Origin: a virus
Taxonomy: Duplodnaviria; Caudoviricetes
Length of the DNA stretch: 64,000 bases
Virus record (IMG/VR): IMGVR_UViG_3300020050_009209
Direction: 5' to 3' (one strand)
Part shown: in pieces, positions 55,878 to 63,979 of the stretch
Layout: every line of letters starts with the position of its first letter
Position numbering within the stretch: the stretch's first letter is position 1
Made by a program: the position numbers and the translations under genes
Notes under the pieces: generated by a model
What the model saw: the letters and a program-made list of their open reading frames with translations, nothing else
Database searches by the model: none
Told to the model about the DNA's origin: nothing

Positions 55878-57038
55878 CTAAAAATCTCGCATGTGAGCCA
55901 GATCGATACATAGGCTGTCTATTCTGAGCAAGTCTGGCTTCTTAGGAAGCTTCGACACCTTAGAAAGCTCGGTTAGCTCCACGTCTTGCTTCGCTGCCCA
56001 TTCAACAAGCTCATAGTAATTCCAAGCTCCGGCTCTAATGCGTAGCAAGTCCTCAGCATCTGGACGTCTCACGATAACCTTACCCTCAGTGAGGATCTCA
56101 CGGCACATCCGTAGGAGCCGCACTAGGTGCATGGCATGTTTCGTGTCGTACCCAAACTGCTCCTCTAGCTTCGCACGATCTGGATTGCGATTCTTCTTCC
56201 AATCCTGAAATTGCTGCCACTCTCGCAGTTTACTCGTGTAGCGTCGCTCCAAGTCGAGCAGCTCAATGAAGTTCGTGGAGAACCCCAGAGAGGTCGCTGC
56301 TGCGGTCCAGGTCTTCTCCTCGATGTCTTTCCAGGACCACTTGGTGATCTCTAGCAGCCTACGGTAGAACTCATCCTTGATGGATTGCCGGTTGGCTGGT
56401 CCAAGCTCCTCTAGCTCATGCCAATTCCACTCGTCCATACGTTTATGAATTGTAGAGGAGGCAGCTGCAAGCTGATCGGCCGGGATAAGAGTATGCTCCG
56501 GTAGGTTAAACTCTGCCCGTGTTGGAGGTGCTACAGGTGGGGTCTTAATCCACCTGTAGTGAGTGTTGATTCTCTTGAGCTGCTGAGTCGCATACCCACT
56601 GAACGTGTGCTTCGCCCGCTGAGATAGAAACAACTCGCGACTTCCCAGGAGAGTTGTCCCCCGTGGGGATACGACCAGGTGATCACTTTCGTCCGTGTAG
56701 AGGATCTCAAGGACGTTTGGGTTACACTCGGCCGCAAGTTTCATGAACTTGCGGAGTTCGAAGATCGTCAAGTCAGGCTCGGACTGAGTGACTTGCTCTA
56801 TTGTGCTCAGGAACCCTAAGTAGTATTCACGCGGAGCGATCATAACTCCACGCAAGTCAAGATCGCTTGTAGGGAGGTTCGTCCCATAGGCGTGACTACC
56901 GTGACGAGTCAGATAGATTGTCCGACTCGGTACCCACGGTAAGTTGCCGGAATACACTGGCTTCCAATCAAAGAGAAGCGTACTCTTGACTGAGATCAAG
57001 TCACTCCTTGGTGTACCCATGGAACCACCCCTTTCCAC
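55878..57038 (-). CDS. RlaP-like / DNA pol beta-superfamily nucleotidyltransferase
   Basis: HGSHAYG...SDLDLRG, NPNVLE, GYA..QL, GYDTKHAMHLVRL; start uncertain. Confidence 0.9.
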   Translation of the reverse strand: MERGGSMGTPRSDLISVKSTLLFDWKPVYSGNLPWVPSRTIYLTRHGSHAYGTNLPTSDLDLRGVMIAPREYYLGFLSTIEQVTQSEPDLTIFELRKFMKLAAECNPNVLEILYTDESDHLVVSPRGTTLLGSRELFLSQRAKHTFSGYATQQLKRINTHYRWIKTPPVAPPTRAEFNLPEHTLIPADQLAAASSTIHKRMDEWNWHELEELGPANRQSIKDEFYRRLLEITKWSWKDIEEKTWTAAATSLGFSTNFIELLDLERRYTSKLREWQQFQDWKKNRNPDRAKLEEQFGYDTKHAMHLVRLLRMCREILTEGKVIVRRPDAEDLLRIRAGAWNYYELVEWAAKQDVELTELSKVSKLPKKPDLLRIDSLCIDLAHMRDF

Positions 57039-57606
57039 GCGTGTCCGGACGCTGACAGTGAGCCTGAGCCTCAGCGAGACTCAGGCCTCGCTTACCCCGC
57101 ACAGCCTTGGGGGGGCCGCTAAAACTAAATTTCACGATCTTGTAGGTGTTGTTCGAGGTAGGCTTGTTGCTCATAAGCCCACCTACGGAGATTAGAGCTG
57201 GCTTTTTAACCCCTTTCTCTACCTCAAGCTTTAGATACGCAATACATGCCGCCTGGAGCTTTGAGAGGTACTTCCCACACTCTAACCCATGGAAATGCAA
57301 GTTCTTTTTTGGAGCCCCTATAGCTGACTCCAGAGTCACAACCAGTTGCATCGCTGACTCCACAAGCTCTTGCGTGACGGCACGTTTACGGTTCGGAGTT
57401 AGCCGGAGGATACGAGCAGCGGGAAAATCTTCCTGGGTGATTCGGCAAGTGTCTTGAGCTTCCTTAAGTTCGTTCGCCTCCCAACGTTTCGGCTTAACCT
57501 GCACCCCAAAGTAGGGACCCCCAGGCTTTCCAGAGTACGATAGGACGTAACCTAATAATTCTTGAGACTTGAGGCCCATAGTTGATCCGTTAGTGTGGAG
57601 GCCCAA
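57001..57606 (-). CDS. fused ORF; independent 57-aa gene starts at 57174
   Basis: Internal promoter 57184-57209 with ATG 9 nt downstream; C-terminal GLSLAEAQAHC..P.T...WF.GY. Confidence 0.7.
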   Translation of the reverse strand: MGLHTNGSTMGLKSQELLGYVLSYSGKPGGPYFGVQVKPKRWEANELKEAQDTCRITQEDFPAARILRLTPNRKRAVTQELVESAMQLVVTLESAIGAPKKNLHFHGLECGKYLSKLQAACIAYLKLEVEKGVKKPALISVGGLMSNKPTSNNTYKIVKFSFSGPPKAVRGKRGLSLAEAQAHCQRPDTRGKGWFHGYTKE

Positions 57607-57986
57607 GGGGACTCCAGTAAAAATCGAAAAAGGTTGAGATTGTACTCACGAAAAGAGCAAGCCTCTCCTAAGAGCCGCTTGGGGTGGACCCAAGAAACGA
57701 ACACTCCTGGTTCCAGTGTGGCAGGGTCTCCTTGCCATTGAGTAATTATGTAGGTCCAAACCAAGCACTTACTTACAGAATCTACCCGAGTAAGTACATG
57801 GTCGGCCCTAAGGACCTTTACTCCCGTCTCCTCCTGGACCTCTCTCACTAGAGCGTCAAATGGTGTTTCATCGGTTTCCAACTTACCACCAGGTAATCCT
57901 AGATCGTACTGGTTACCTCTTCTGGAAACAGCTAAGAGAGCCCCTTCATGGAGGAGTAGCCCAACTACGGCGATTGGTTTAAGCAC
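57552..57986 (-). CDS. NUDIX hydrolase
   Basis: Nudix box GGKLETDETPFDALVREVQEETG. Confidence 0.92.
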   Translation of the reverse strand: MLKPIAVVGLLLHEGALLAVSRRGNQYDLGLPGGKLETDETPFDALVREVQEETGVKVLRADHVLTRVDSVSKCLVWTYIITQWQGDPATLEPGVFVSWVHPKRLLGEACSFREYNLNLFRFLLESPWASTLTDQLWASSLKNY

Positions 57987-58222
57987 TACCGCAACCTTGT
58001 TGGGTTCGTGGAGTTGACCGCATCTGCAAGGTCATCGTAGAACCGTAGCTCGTCGAATCTCCCTGGAATGACCACAGCGTCCCGACTTTGACCTAGGCTG
58101 TCTGCATACTCTAGAGCCGCCTCCTCGGAATAGAAGACTCTTCGAGTAGCTAGAGTGTAACGACCCAGGCTGTTGTCCTCCTTGCGATCTTCTCTTGCGA
58201 TTACGATAAACTTCAGACTCAT
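57986..58222 (-). CDS. hypothetical protein
   Basis: ATG 58222 coupled to upstream stop. Confidence 0.65.
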   Translation of the reverse strand: MSLKFIVIAREDRKEDNSLGRYTLATRRVFYSEEAALEYADSLGQSRDAVVIPGRFDELRFYDDLADAVNSTNPTRLR

Positions 58223-58400
58223 CCAGCAACCTTTTTCACATCGACCTGTTCGCAATCCCTGCGGTGGGTAAACCAATCCCATTGCCGGGTCGAGTTGCGG
58301 CAATAGCCCGGTGGCGAGTGATCTTGGGGGTACTTCTTGCAATTGAGGCAAGCCTCCCCCATGCCGACTGCATTGGCTTCTGGGTGGCAGACACATGGGT

Positions 58401-58661
58401 TCATTTGACTAGGCATTGACAATCCTCGCACCAAACTTCAGGCGTAGCCACCCAATCGATAGCTACACCAAGGCTAAGGTGGCCGACAAGATTTCCATGG
58501 GTCTCACACACGGTAGACCAAACTGCGGTAGGGTCGTCCTCCATCCCAGCCTGAATGCTGTGGTAAACCCCAACGAGAGTCTTCGTGGACCGGACCTTAC
58601 GCTGTAGAACACAGCCCTGCAATCCGTTGTAGTTGTAAGCTTTGGTGACTTGCCTTCCCAT
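58401..58661 (-). CDS. hypothetical Zn-binding protein
   Basis: ATG 9 nt after promoter; VCETHG...WCEDC. Confidence 0.8.
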   Translation of the reverse strand: MGRQVTKAYNYNGLQGCVLQRKVRSTKTLVGVYHSIQAGMEDDPTAVWSTVCETHGNLVGHLSLGVAIDWVATPEVWCEDCQCLVK

Positions 58662-58729
58662 ACAACCCCCTACGATTTTCTCACTTGGAGGTTTAACCAG
58701 CCAGAGCTAGGATCGTAGTTACAGGTAAG

Positions 58730-59080
58730 ATGGCTACCAGTAAGCATAAAACCACAGTTCTCAACACGAAACCCCCATGCCCTCACGCTGAAACCAGTTA
58801 CTTTAATTGGTGTGACAAATGTGCGAAACTTTCCGCTGGCAAGAAACCCAATCCTAAGTTCAAGGCGGGGGACTTCGTCGTTGTTGATCGTGACGGGGAC
58901 GTTGGTGTCGTACGAAAAGTTAAGATGGTACTTTTCGGCACTGCCACCCCAACCCCTTCTTGGCAAGAGGAAGTCGACGTAGACAGCTTGTCGGGGCGGA
59001 CGACATGTCCAGCCAGTTTTCTTTCGCGTCTTGTACGAGAGTCTTCCGTCCCAGTTCGCACTGAGACGGAAGAAACCTAA
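58730..59080 (+). CDS. hypothetical protein (KOW-like)
   Basis: KFKAGDFVVV...GVVRKV; AGGT upstream. Confidence 0.55.
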   Translation: MATSKHKTTVLNTKPPCPHAETSYFNWCDKCAKLSAGKKPNPKFKAGDFVVVDRDGDVGVVRKVKMVLFGTATPTPSWQEEVDVDSLSGRTTCPASFLSRLVRESSVPVRTETEET

Positions 59081-59083
59081 CCC

Positions 59084-59392
59084 TCAGTAATCGTCTCTCT
59101 CGTTCCTACGGCCCTTCGTCGATCGGGGTTTCTTCCCCTCCCCTCCTACAAATTCTACATACTTAGATGTGGCTGGGGCTGGAGGGGCGGATGTCGAGTA
59201 GCTCCCAAAGGCTGGAACTTGAGGCGTCTCACCAGCTCTCCGCGCCTTGTTGGCAGCCACACAGGACTTACAACGCTTCGGAGGGGTGTAACCCTTCGAG
59301 GCAAAGAACTCTTGGTCCCTTACCGAGTGGATGAATTGCGCACGACAGTTGGGTTCGATGCAAGTGAGAGTGAGATCAGACAGAGCGTTCAT
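59084..59392 (-). CDS. zinc-ribbon (zf-trcl-like) protein
   Basis: L.C...C...F....DQEFF..KG..PPKRC..C. Confidence 0.85.
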   Translation of the reverse strand: MNALSDLTLTCIEPNCRAQFIHSVRDQEFFASKGYTPPKRCKSCVAANKARRAGETPQVPAFGSYSTSAPPAPATSKYVEFVGGEGKKPRSTKGRRNERDDY

Positions 59393-59407
59393 GAACGTAG
59401 CGGTCCC

Positions 59408-59686
59408 TTATTTGTGGAGAGTTTCAAGCAGTTGTGTAACAAAGGCGTCTCGTTCGCTTTCAATTCGAACGAGGTCCTCACTGAGGCGACAAGCCCTGCT
59501 TAGCATAGCCTCAATTTCCTTAGCTTGCGATTCTACATTGAGAGATGTAGAATCTGCTAGTCGTTGTCGAGCTTCGTCCAGCTCTCGGCCCTTCTCCTCT
59601 ATTCGAGTCGAGTACAGACCTAAGGTGGACATTGCTTGACTATCGACCTTACCGAAGAAGTAAGAGTCAAGGTGCGTAGGACCCAT
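59408..59686 (-). CDS. coiled-coil hypothetical protein
   Basis: GGAGG RBS. Confidence 0.65.
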   Translation of the reverse strand: MGPTHLDSYFFGKVDSQAMSTLGLYSTRIEEKGRELDEARQRLADSTSLNVESQAKEIEAMLSRACRLSEDLVRIESERDAFVTQLLETLHK

Positions 59687-59765
59687 CCTCCCCCATATAC
59701 ACTAGATTCCAGCACCCGTCTAGGTTTTTTCGCACTTACCTAACCTAAACGGTGTAAGAGTGTTC

Positions 59766-60176
59766 ATGCCTCTCGACTTTGACTTCAATTACGATGAGCG
59801 CACGGACTCAATTCAGAGGCTGGGGCACTACTCATCTGCCAATAATCGTGAGGCAACCCGTGAAGAAGCTTTGATGTGGGATCGTATTCATGAACTAGAG
59901 AAGCTTCTAGAGAAGGATTGGCCAAAGCCGTTCCGGTCCCTCTTCGACCATATTCTTGCGGTAACCACTCCTTGCGTTGAGCTGAGCGCTGCTGATATAG
60001 GACGGCTCTTGAGGTACGCACCACATTACATACACACTGTAACGGACCCTAACTTAACTAGTAAGCAGATCGTATGCTCCATTCGACTCATGGTAGACGG
60101 CTACCCTACAATGATTTGGATTAAGGCGAGCATGGAGGTTCCAAGTGGTACGATTCGTGAGGCACCTGGTTGGTAA
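59766..60176 (+). CDS. hypothetical protein
   Basis: GGTGTA 9 nt upstream of ATG 59766. Confidence 0.7.
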   Translation: MPLDFDFNYDERTDSIQRLGHYSSANNREATREEALMWDRIHELEKLLEKDWPKPFRSLFDHILAVTTPCVELSAADIGRLLRYAPHYIHTVTDPNLTSKQIVCSIRLMVDGYPTMIWIKASMEVPSGTIREAPGW

Positions 60177-60370
60177 TGTCAACTCCTAAGTTCCAAATAC
60201 GTACCGTCATTGTTCGAGGTAACACTTACCTACGAGTCGAGGACGTAGCTGAGTATATTCGGGAGTGTGGGTATGGAGAGGAGACTGATGTACGTAACCG
60301 ATTGAAGAAAGCTGCCGATATCCTTACCGACCAGACCTGGTACTTAGATGGACCTCAAACTCCTACTTGA
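60170..60370 (+). CDS. hypothetical protein
   Basis: + block. Confidence 0.65.
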   Translation: MVMSTPKFQIRTVIVRGNTYLRVEDVAEYIRECGYGEETDVRNRLKKAADILTDQTWYLDGPQTPT

Positions 60371-60752
60371 GATGGGTATTACAGTGGAGAGTCTACGGGA
60401 GGTAGATCAAGCTCCATCTCTAGCTGTAGCCAGCTCTAAGCTAGAGGCCCTTAAGCTTCGATTCAAGAGGGAGTTCAATCGGCTTGCCCTAAGCCTTCAC
60501 CCCGACCAGACCGGAGGGGATCCCAAAAAGACGGAGAAGTTTAAGCACCTCTGTCAACTGAAGGTGGAATTTGAAACACTTCAGGCGAAGGAGCCTACCG
60601 TAGCTCCTACGGAGGATGACCTAACCCCTCCTCCTATTCGTATTCGATACTACCCAGTCGCTCGGAAAGTTGACTCAGTGAGTCCAGACCAAAAAGCCTA
60701 CCGAACGGCGAACATGACTCCCTCTGACGTAAGGCCTAAACGTGACAGATGA
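60348..60752 (+). CDS. J-domain-like protein
   Basis: FKREFNRLALSLHPDQTGGD...EKFK. Confidence 0.75.
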   Translation: MDLKLLLEMGITVESLREVDQAPSLAVASSKLEALKLRFKREFNRLALSLHPDQTGGDPKKTEKFKHLCQLKVEFETLQAKEPTVAPTEDDLTPPPIRIRYYPVARKVDSVSPDQKAYRTANMTPSDVRPKRDR

Positions 60753-61092
60753 GCTAAGTACCCCAATCGACCTACCAGACTTTACACATCTGTCTGTGCC
60801 GGAACTAACGTCCCTCCGGAATCACATTGCGATGCAGACAAAGGAGGCCAGAAAGAAGGCCAACGTAGCCATAGCTAAAACAGGCTCACCAACCCTCAAG
60901 TCTCTTTGGATGAACTACGTTAGCCTACGTTCGGATACGAGCGCTGAGGCTCGTAGAGCTGCCAGTAAGCCATTCTACAATGAGCTTTTGCGGCACCCGA
61001 TAGCCTTCCTTGCGTACTCCTACGTGAACTCTCTCCTGATCCTGGATCAAGCGATCGTTCAGGACATGCTACGTAGGTCAAAAGTAGGTTAA
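60742..61092 (+). CDS. hypothetical protein
   Basis: Stop in promoter TTAA. Confidence 0.65.
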   Translation: MTDELSTPIDLPDFTHLSVPELTSLRNHIAMQTKEARKKANVAIAKTGSPTLKSLWMNYVSLRSDTSAEARRAASKPFYNELLRHPIAFLAYSYVNSLLILDQAIVQDMLRRSKVG

Positions 61093-61125
61093 ACCGTCCG
61101 CCAAAGATTACGTAGGGGTTAGAGT

Positions 61126-61869
61126 ATGAGAATTAGAGTAGTATCTGACCTGCATTGTGAGATGCACAGGGACCGAGGTTGGACCTTGGCTGTAGAGATT
61201 TGCCAAGACCTCGCATTTGACGTTCTAGTTCTTGCCGGAGACATTGCAACGGATGCAACACTAGATCCGGTACTGACAATGTTCTGCGAGCTAGTTGCAC
61301 CTAAGCCCGTTCTATTCGTACTAGGAAACCACGAGTACTACGGAGGTTCCGTAGCTGGTACCGAGACAAAAGCTAGAGCGGTAGCGGAAGTGTTCCCCAA
61401 CCTTCACGTATTGGAGGGAGATATCGTAGAACTACAGGGCCAAAGGTTCCTGGGGTGTACCCTTTGGTACGAGCACCCTAACTGGCTTCCCTCAGACGCA
61501 GACTTCGGGGACTTCAATCACATTGAAGGGTTTGCTGACTTTGTCCACCAGCAAGCAATGGACTCAGCAGACTTCCTTCGGTCCTCGATTCAACCTGGGG
61601 ATGTAGTGATCACACACTTCCTACCTCACCCAGAGAGTATCGCACCTAAGTATAGGTTCTCGTCCTCGAATGGGTACTTCCTGCACAACGTGTCAGACAT
61701 CGTAAGGTGCGGGGAGGCCAAGCTCTGGATCCACGGTCACACGCATAGCAGTGTAGACTACACGATTAACCAGACTAGGGTAATCTGCAACCCATTCGGA
61801 TATGCTACAAGACCGTACCCAGGAGAGCCAAATCCTGAGTTCAAGTCTCTACTTACAGTGAGGGTTTAG
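61126..61869 (+). CDS. calcineurin-like metallophosphoesterase
   Basis: SDLH, AGD, GNHE, TH, HGHTH motifs. Confidence 0.93.
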   Translation: MRIRVVSDLHCEMHRDRGWTLAVEICQDLAFDVLVLAGDIATDATLDPVLTMFCELVAPKPVLFVLGNHEYYGGSVAGTETKARAVAEVFPNLHVLEGDIVELQGQRFLGCTLWYEHPNWLPSDADFGDFNHIEGFADFVHQQAMDSADFLRSSIQPGDVVITHFLPHPESIAPKYRFSSSNGYFLHNVSDIVRCGEAKLWIHGHTHSSVDYTINQTRVICNPFGYATRPYPGEPNPEFKSLLTVRV

Positions 61870-61871
61870 CG

Positions 61872-62057
61872 ATGGGTATTTTTTGGGAAGCTGCTTTCAA
61901 TGCTGCATTGTCAGCGTTAGTCAGCAAGGAGTACCATGACTCCCCTTCGAGCAGGGAGGCGCTGGTCCGGAGGGCTGGTGAGATTGCTACCGCAGCAGAA
62001 GCCGAGAGGGCCCGACTAGAGAGGCTCTTACTAGAGGACGTGCCTTATCGAGGGTGA
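61872..62057 (+). CDS. hypothetical protein
   Basis: Follows phosphoesterase. Confidence 0.6.
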   Translation: MGIFWEAAFNAALSALVSKEYHDSPSSREALVRRAGEIATAAEAERARLERLLLEDVPYRG

Positions 62058-62059
62058 AG

Positions 62060-62326
62060 TCACTTACAGTAACGGTGTAAGTTAGCACCAAAGGGGAAAT
62101 CATCGGCGCTAGGAATTGGACCGTGGACGAAAAGCTCCATGGCTTCCGGATTCCCGCACCTTCCTGAGTTTAAGCGGTGGGGGTAATGGTAGGCACCACA
62201 CCTACAAATTACCCCTTTCTCTTTACGCCTCCACCTACAAAGCGGTCGACCCAAGCGACACTTCGCAGAGTGTCGCTTGGGTCCATAGCATCTTGTTGGC
62301 TTGGGGTTATTTTCCAATACGCTCAA
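62060..62326 (-). CDS. Cys/His-rich hypothetical protein
   Basis: CRCGAYHYPHR..SG.C. Confidence 0.65.
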   Translation of the reverse strand: MSVLENNPKPTRCYGPKRHSAKCRLGRPLCRWRRKEKGVICRCGAYHYPHRLNSGRCGNPEAMELFVHGPIPSADDFPFGANLHRYCK

Positions 62327-62774
62327 ACCTAGTGGTGTACTTAGCGGTAGACTTGGTGCGTTTAGCTCGTTTGCGTCGAGTTACCTTAGCGGTAACTTCC
62401 CCCGCAGTTTCATCCACCTCAGCCTCCACGGTAAAAGCTTCCGCGAGTCTAATTTGAGCCTCGTACTCTACACGAGCCTCCTCTAACCTTTCCCTCTCAG
62501 CTTGAGTTTGACGTTCCATCCTCTCATAGGATTCCTTAGATCTTAGGTAAGACTCTCTATGGCTCGGGTCATACCTTGGAGTTAATCCCAGTATGGATAG
62601 GGTTGTCCAACAACCCCAAATGAGCGTAACCCCAAAGACCACGGTATTCGAGGTTACAGGCGTAACCTCGAATACCGTATGGGGGCAAAATCTGGACTTG
62701 AGTAGCCATAGTACGATGGCGGATAGAGTAAGCCACAAGTAGGTTTGTAGGTACTCCTCCAAGTAAGTCTTCAT
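62307..62774 (-). CDS. membrane-anchored protein
   Basis: Two N-terminal hydrophobic segments; ends TTRFERIGK. Confidence 0.7.
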   Translation of the reverse strand: MKTYLEEYLQTYLWLTLSAIVLWLLKSRFCPHTVFEVTPVTSNTVVFGVTLIWGCWTTLSILGLTPRYDPSHRESYLRSKESYERMERQTQAERERLEEARVEYEAQIRLAEAFTVEAEVDETAGEVTAKVTRRKRAKRTKSTAKYTTRFERIGK

Positions 62775-63271
62775 GTCAGCTCCATGGGGATTACGTAGAC
62801 TGGCTTACCTGACTTTGACGCCATTTGCAAGGTTTGATAGGTGCCCGACTTGTAATCCTCAGCCCGCCAGAACCCGACTAGGAATGCACAGTTGTCGACT
62901 AAGTACTGGTTCCTAGTCTTGTAACTCGACTTCAAGTGAAGCGGGTTCTGCAACTCTATGACTCGATCCGCCTTCCTTGACCACTCCTGAGTATCTCTGG
63001 GTTGGCTCTCAAGGACGTCTGGAACGACAACGACAAGAGAAGGAGTTGCCCTCCCTGAAAGGGCTCTAATCTCTAATGCAGCTTTGAGGGCCTCCGTGTC
63101 CGCACCTAAGGCACCTCCAAAGTAGATGGCATCTACGTTCGTATTGCCGACAAGACCTCGCATTGCGTTGAATATCCTGAGGGTATCCTTGTAGGTTACC
63201 TGTCGATGTCCCGTGATTGCAGCGACTCTAGGCACAGCTACCTCGCAAGAGCCAGTTACTCTGTAGGGCAA
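62771..63271 (-). CDS. SLOG-superfamily (YspA/DprA-like) protein
   Basis: AITGHR, GGALGAD, RNQYLVD, SGT..T. Confidence 0.85.
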   Translation of the reverse strand: MPYRVTGSCEVAVPRVAAITGHRQVTYKDTLRIFNAMRGLVGNTNVDAIYFGGALGADTEALKAALEIRALSGRATPSLVVVVPDVLESQPRDTQEWSRKADRVIELQNPLHLKSSYKTRNQYLVDNCAFLVGFWRAEDYKSGTYQTLQMASKSGKPVYVIPMELT

Positions 63272-63294
63272 AGCGCCTAACCTCTAGGGGGTCT

Positions 63295-63696
63295 ATGGGG
63301 AGTACTAGGTTGGACTTGGAGTGTGACTCAAGGTCCAACCTATGTGGAAAGCAAGCGTGCTTTTCCGTGAGGAGGTTCCAGAAGTTACATCGGGGACACT
63401 TTGTCATCGCTTTTCAAATCATAGTTGAAAATCCAGGCTCTACCGCCACTCAAGTTGCTAAGAGTATTGGACTAAAGTCCGCCAGCATCTCGTCTAAACT
63501 TACAGCTCAAGTTAACGAGGGGAAGCTGATCCGTGTAGCTGGAGAGGGGGTACGAGGGGGGTACGGTTACTACCTACCTCCCACTACCCCCTCTTCTAGT
63601 CCCCCGTACCCTTCTAGGTGGGACAGACTTTTCAGCGCTGACTTTGAACAAAGTCCCAGTCACTCTGAGCATCCGCCATCGTCATCCCAACGATAG
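63295..63696 (+). CDS. winged-HTH protein
   Basis: ENPGSTATQVAKSIGL..ASISSKL...GKLIR...YGY; start uncertain. Confidence 0.65.
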   Translation: MGSTRLDLECDSRSNLCGKQACFSVRRFQKLHRGHFVIAFQIIVENPGSTATQVAKSIGLKSASISSKLTAQVNEGKLIRVAGEGVRGGYGYYLPPTTPSSSPPYPSRWDRLFSADFEQSPSHSEHPPSSSQR

Positions 63697-63979
63697 CCGA
63701 CTCGAAGAAGTGCTCGTTCTTGCGCTCAGCTTCCATCTCAGCGCTCTCGGGCTTCGTCTCCGGGTGAAAGATCTCCCGGTAGTACTGCTTCGTGGCCTCT
63801 CGCTGGCTCTCAAGCGTCCCAGGGGGGCACTTCGTCACGGAGGCGCTCACCACCCCATCAACCTCCTGGACCTTGCCGTTCTTGACGGAACGGCAGTAGG
63901 ACTTCGCAAGAGTCTCCGTGGGGAAGGTTGCGGAACCGGTGGAGCCATTCTTCTGAGTGAACGTAACGCGGAAGGCCAT
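63632..63979 (-). CDS. hypothetical protein
   Basis: GAGGT RBS; biased codons. Confidence 0.75.
   Translation of the reverse strand: MAFRVTFTQKNGSTGSATFPTETLAKSYCRSVKNGKVQEVDGVVSASVTKCPPGTLESQREATKQYYREIFHPETKPESAEMEAERKNEHFFESAIVGMTMADAQSDWDFVQSQR

Larger units (their letters stand above)
920..61114. promoter_or_regulatory. Dispersed promoter family TTAA-N17/18-CGTA (>=43 copies, both strands; span given is first to last copy)
   Basis: + strand TTAA starts: 3754,4565,6365,7898,15757,16455,16773,18050,18361,19868,21949,23383,23661,24559,25667,26646,27459,28505,29706,32993,36375,61089. - strand (TACG start on +): 920,2912,3706,12811,14270,15126,15730,38598,41143,42772,43958,46421,47582,49022,49852,51126,52575,54289,55852,57184,58671. 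Nearly all sit directly upstream of, and co-oriented with, a gene or ncRNA. Confidence 0.9.

Noticed and set aside
920-61114. Integron cassette array (GTTAAAC/GTTAAGY matches the attC core GTTRRRY)
   Set aside because: No RYYYAAC inverse core or attC palindrome at most sites, no integrase in the window, both orientations present, and a fixed CGTA spacing that fits a promoter better
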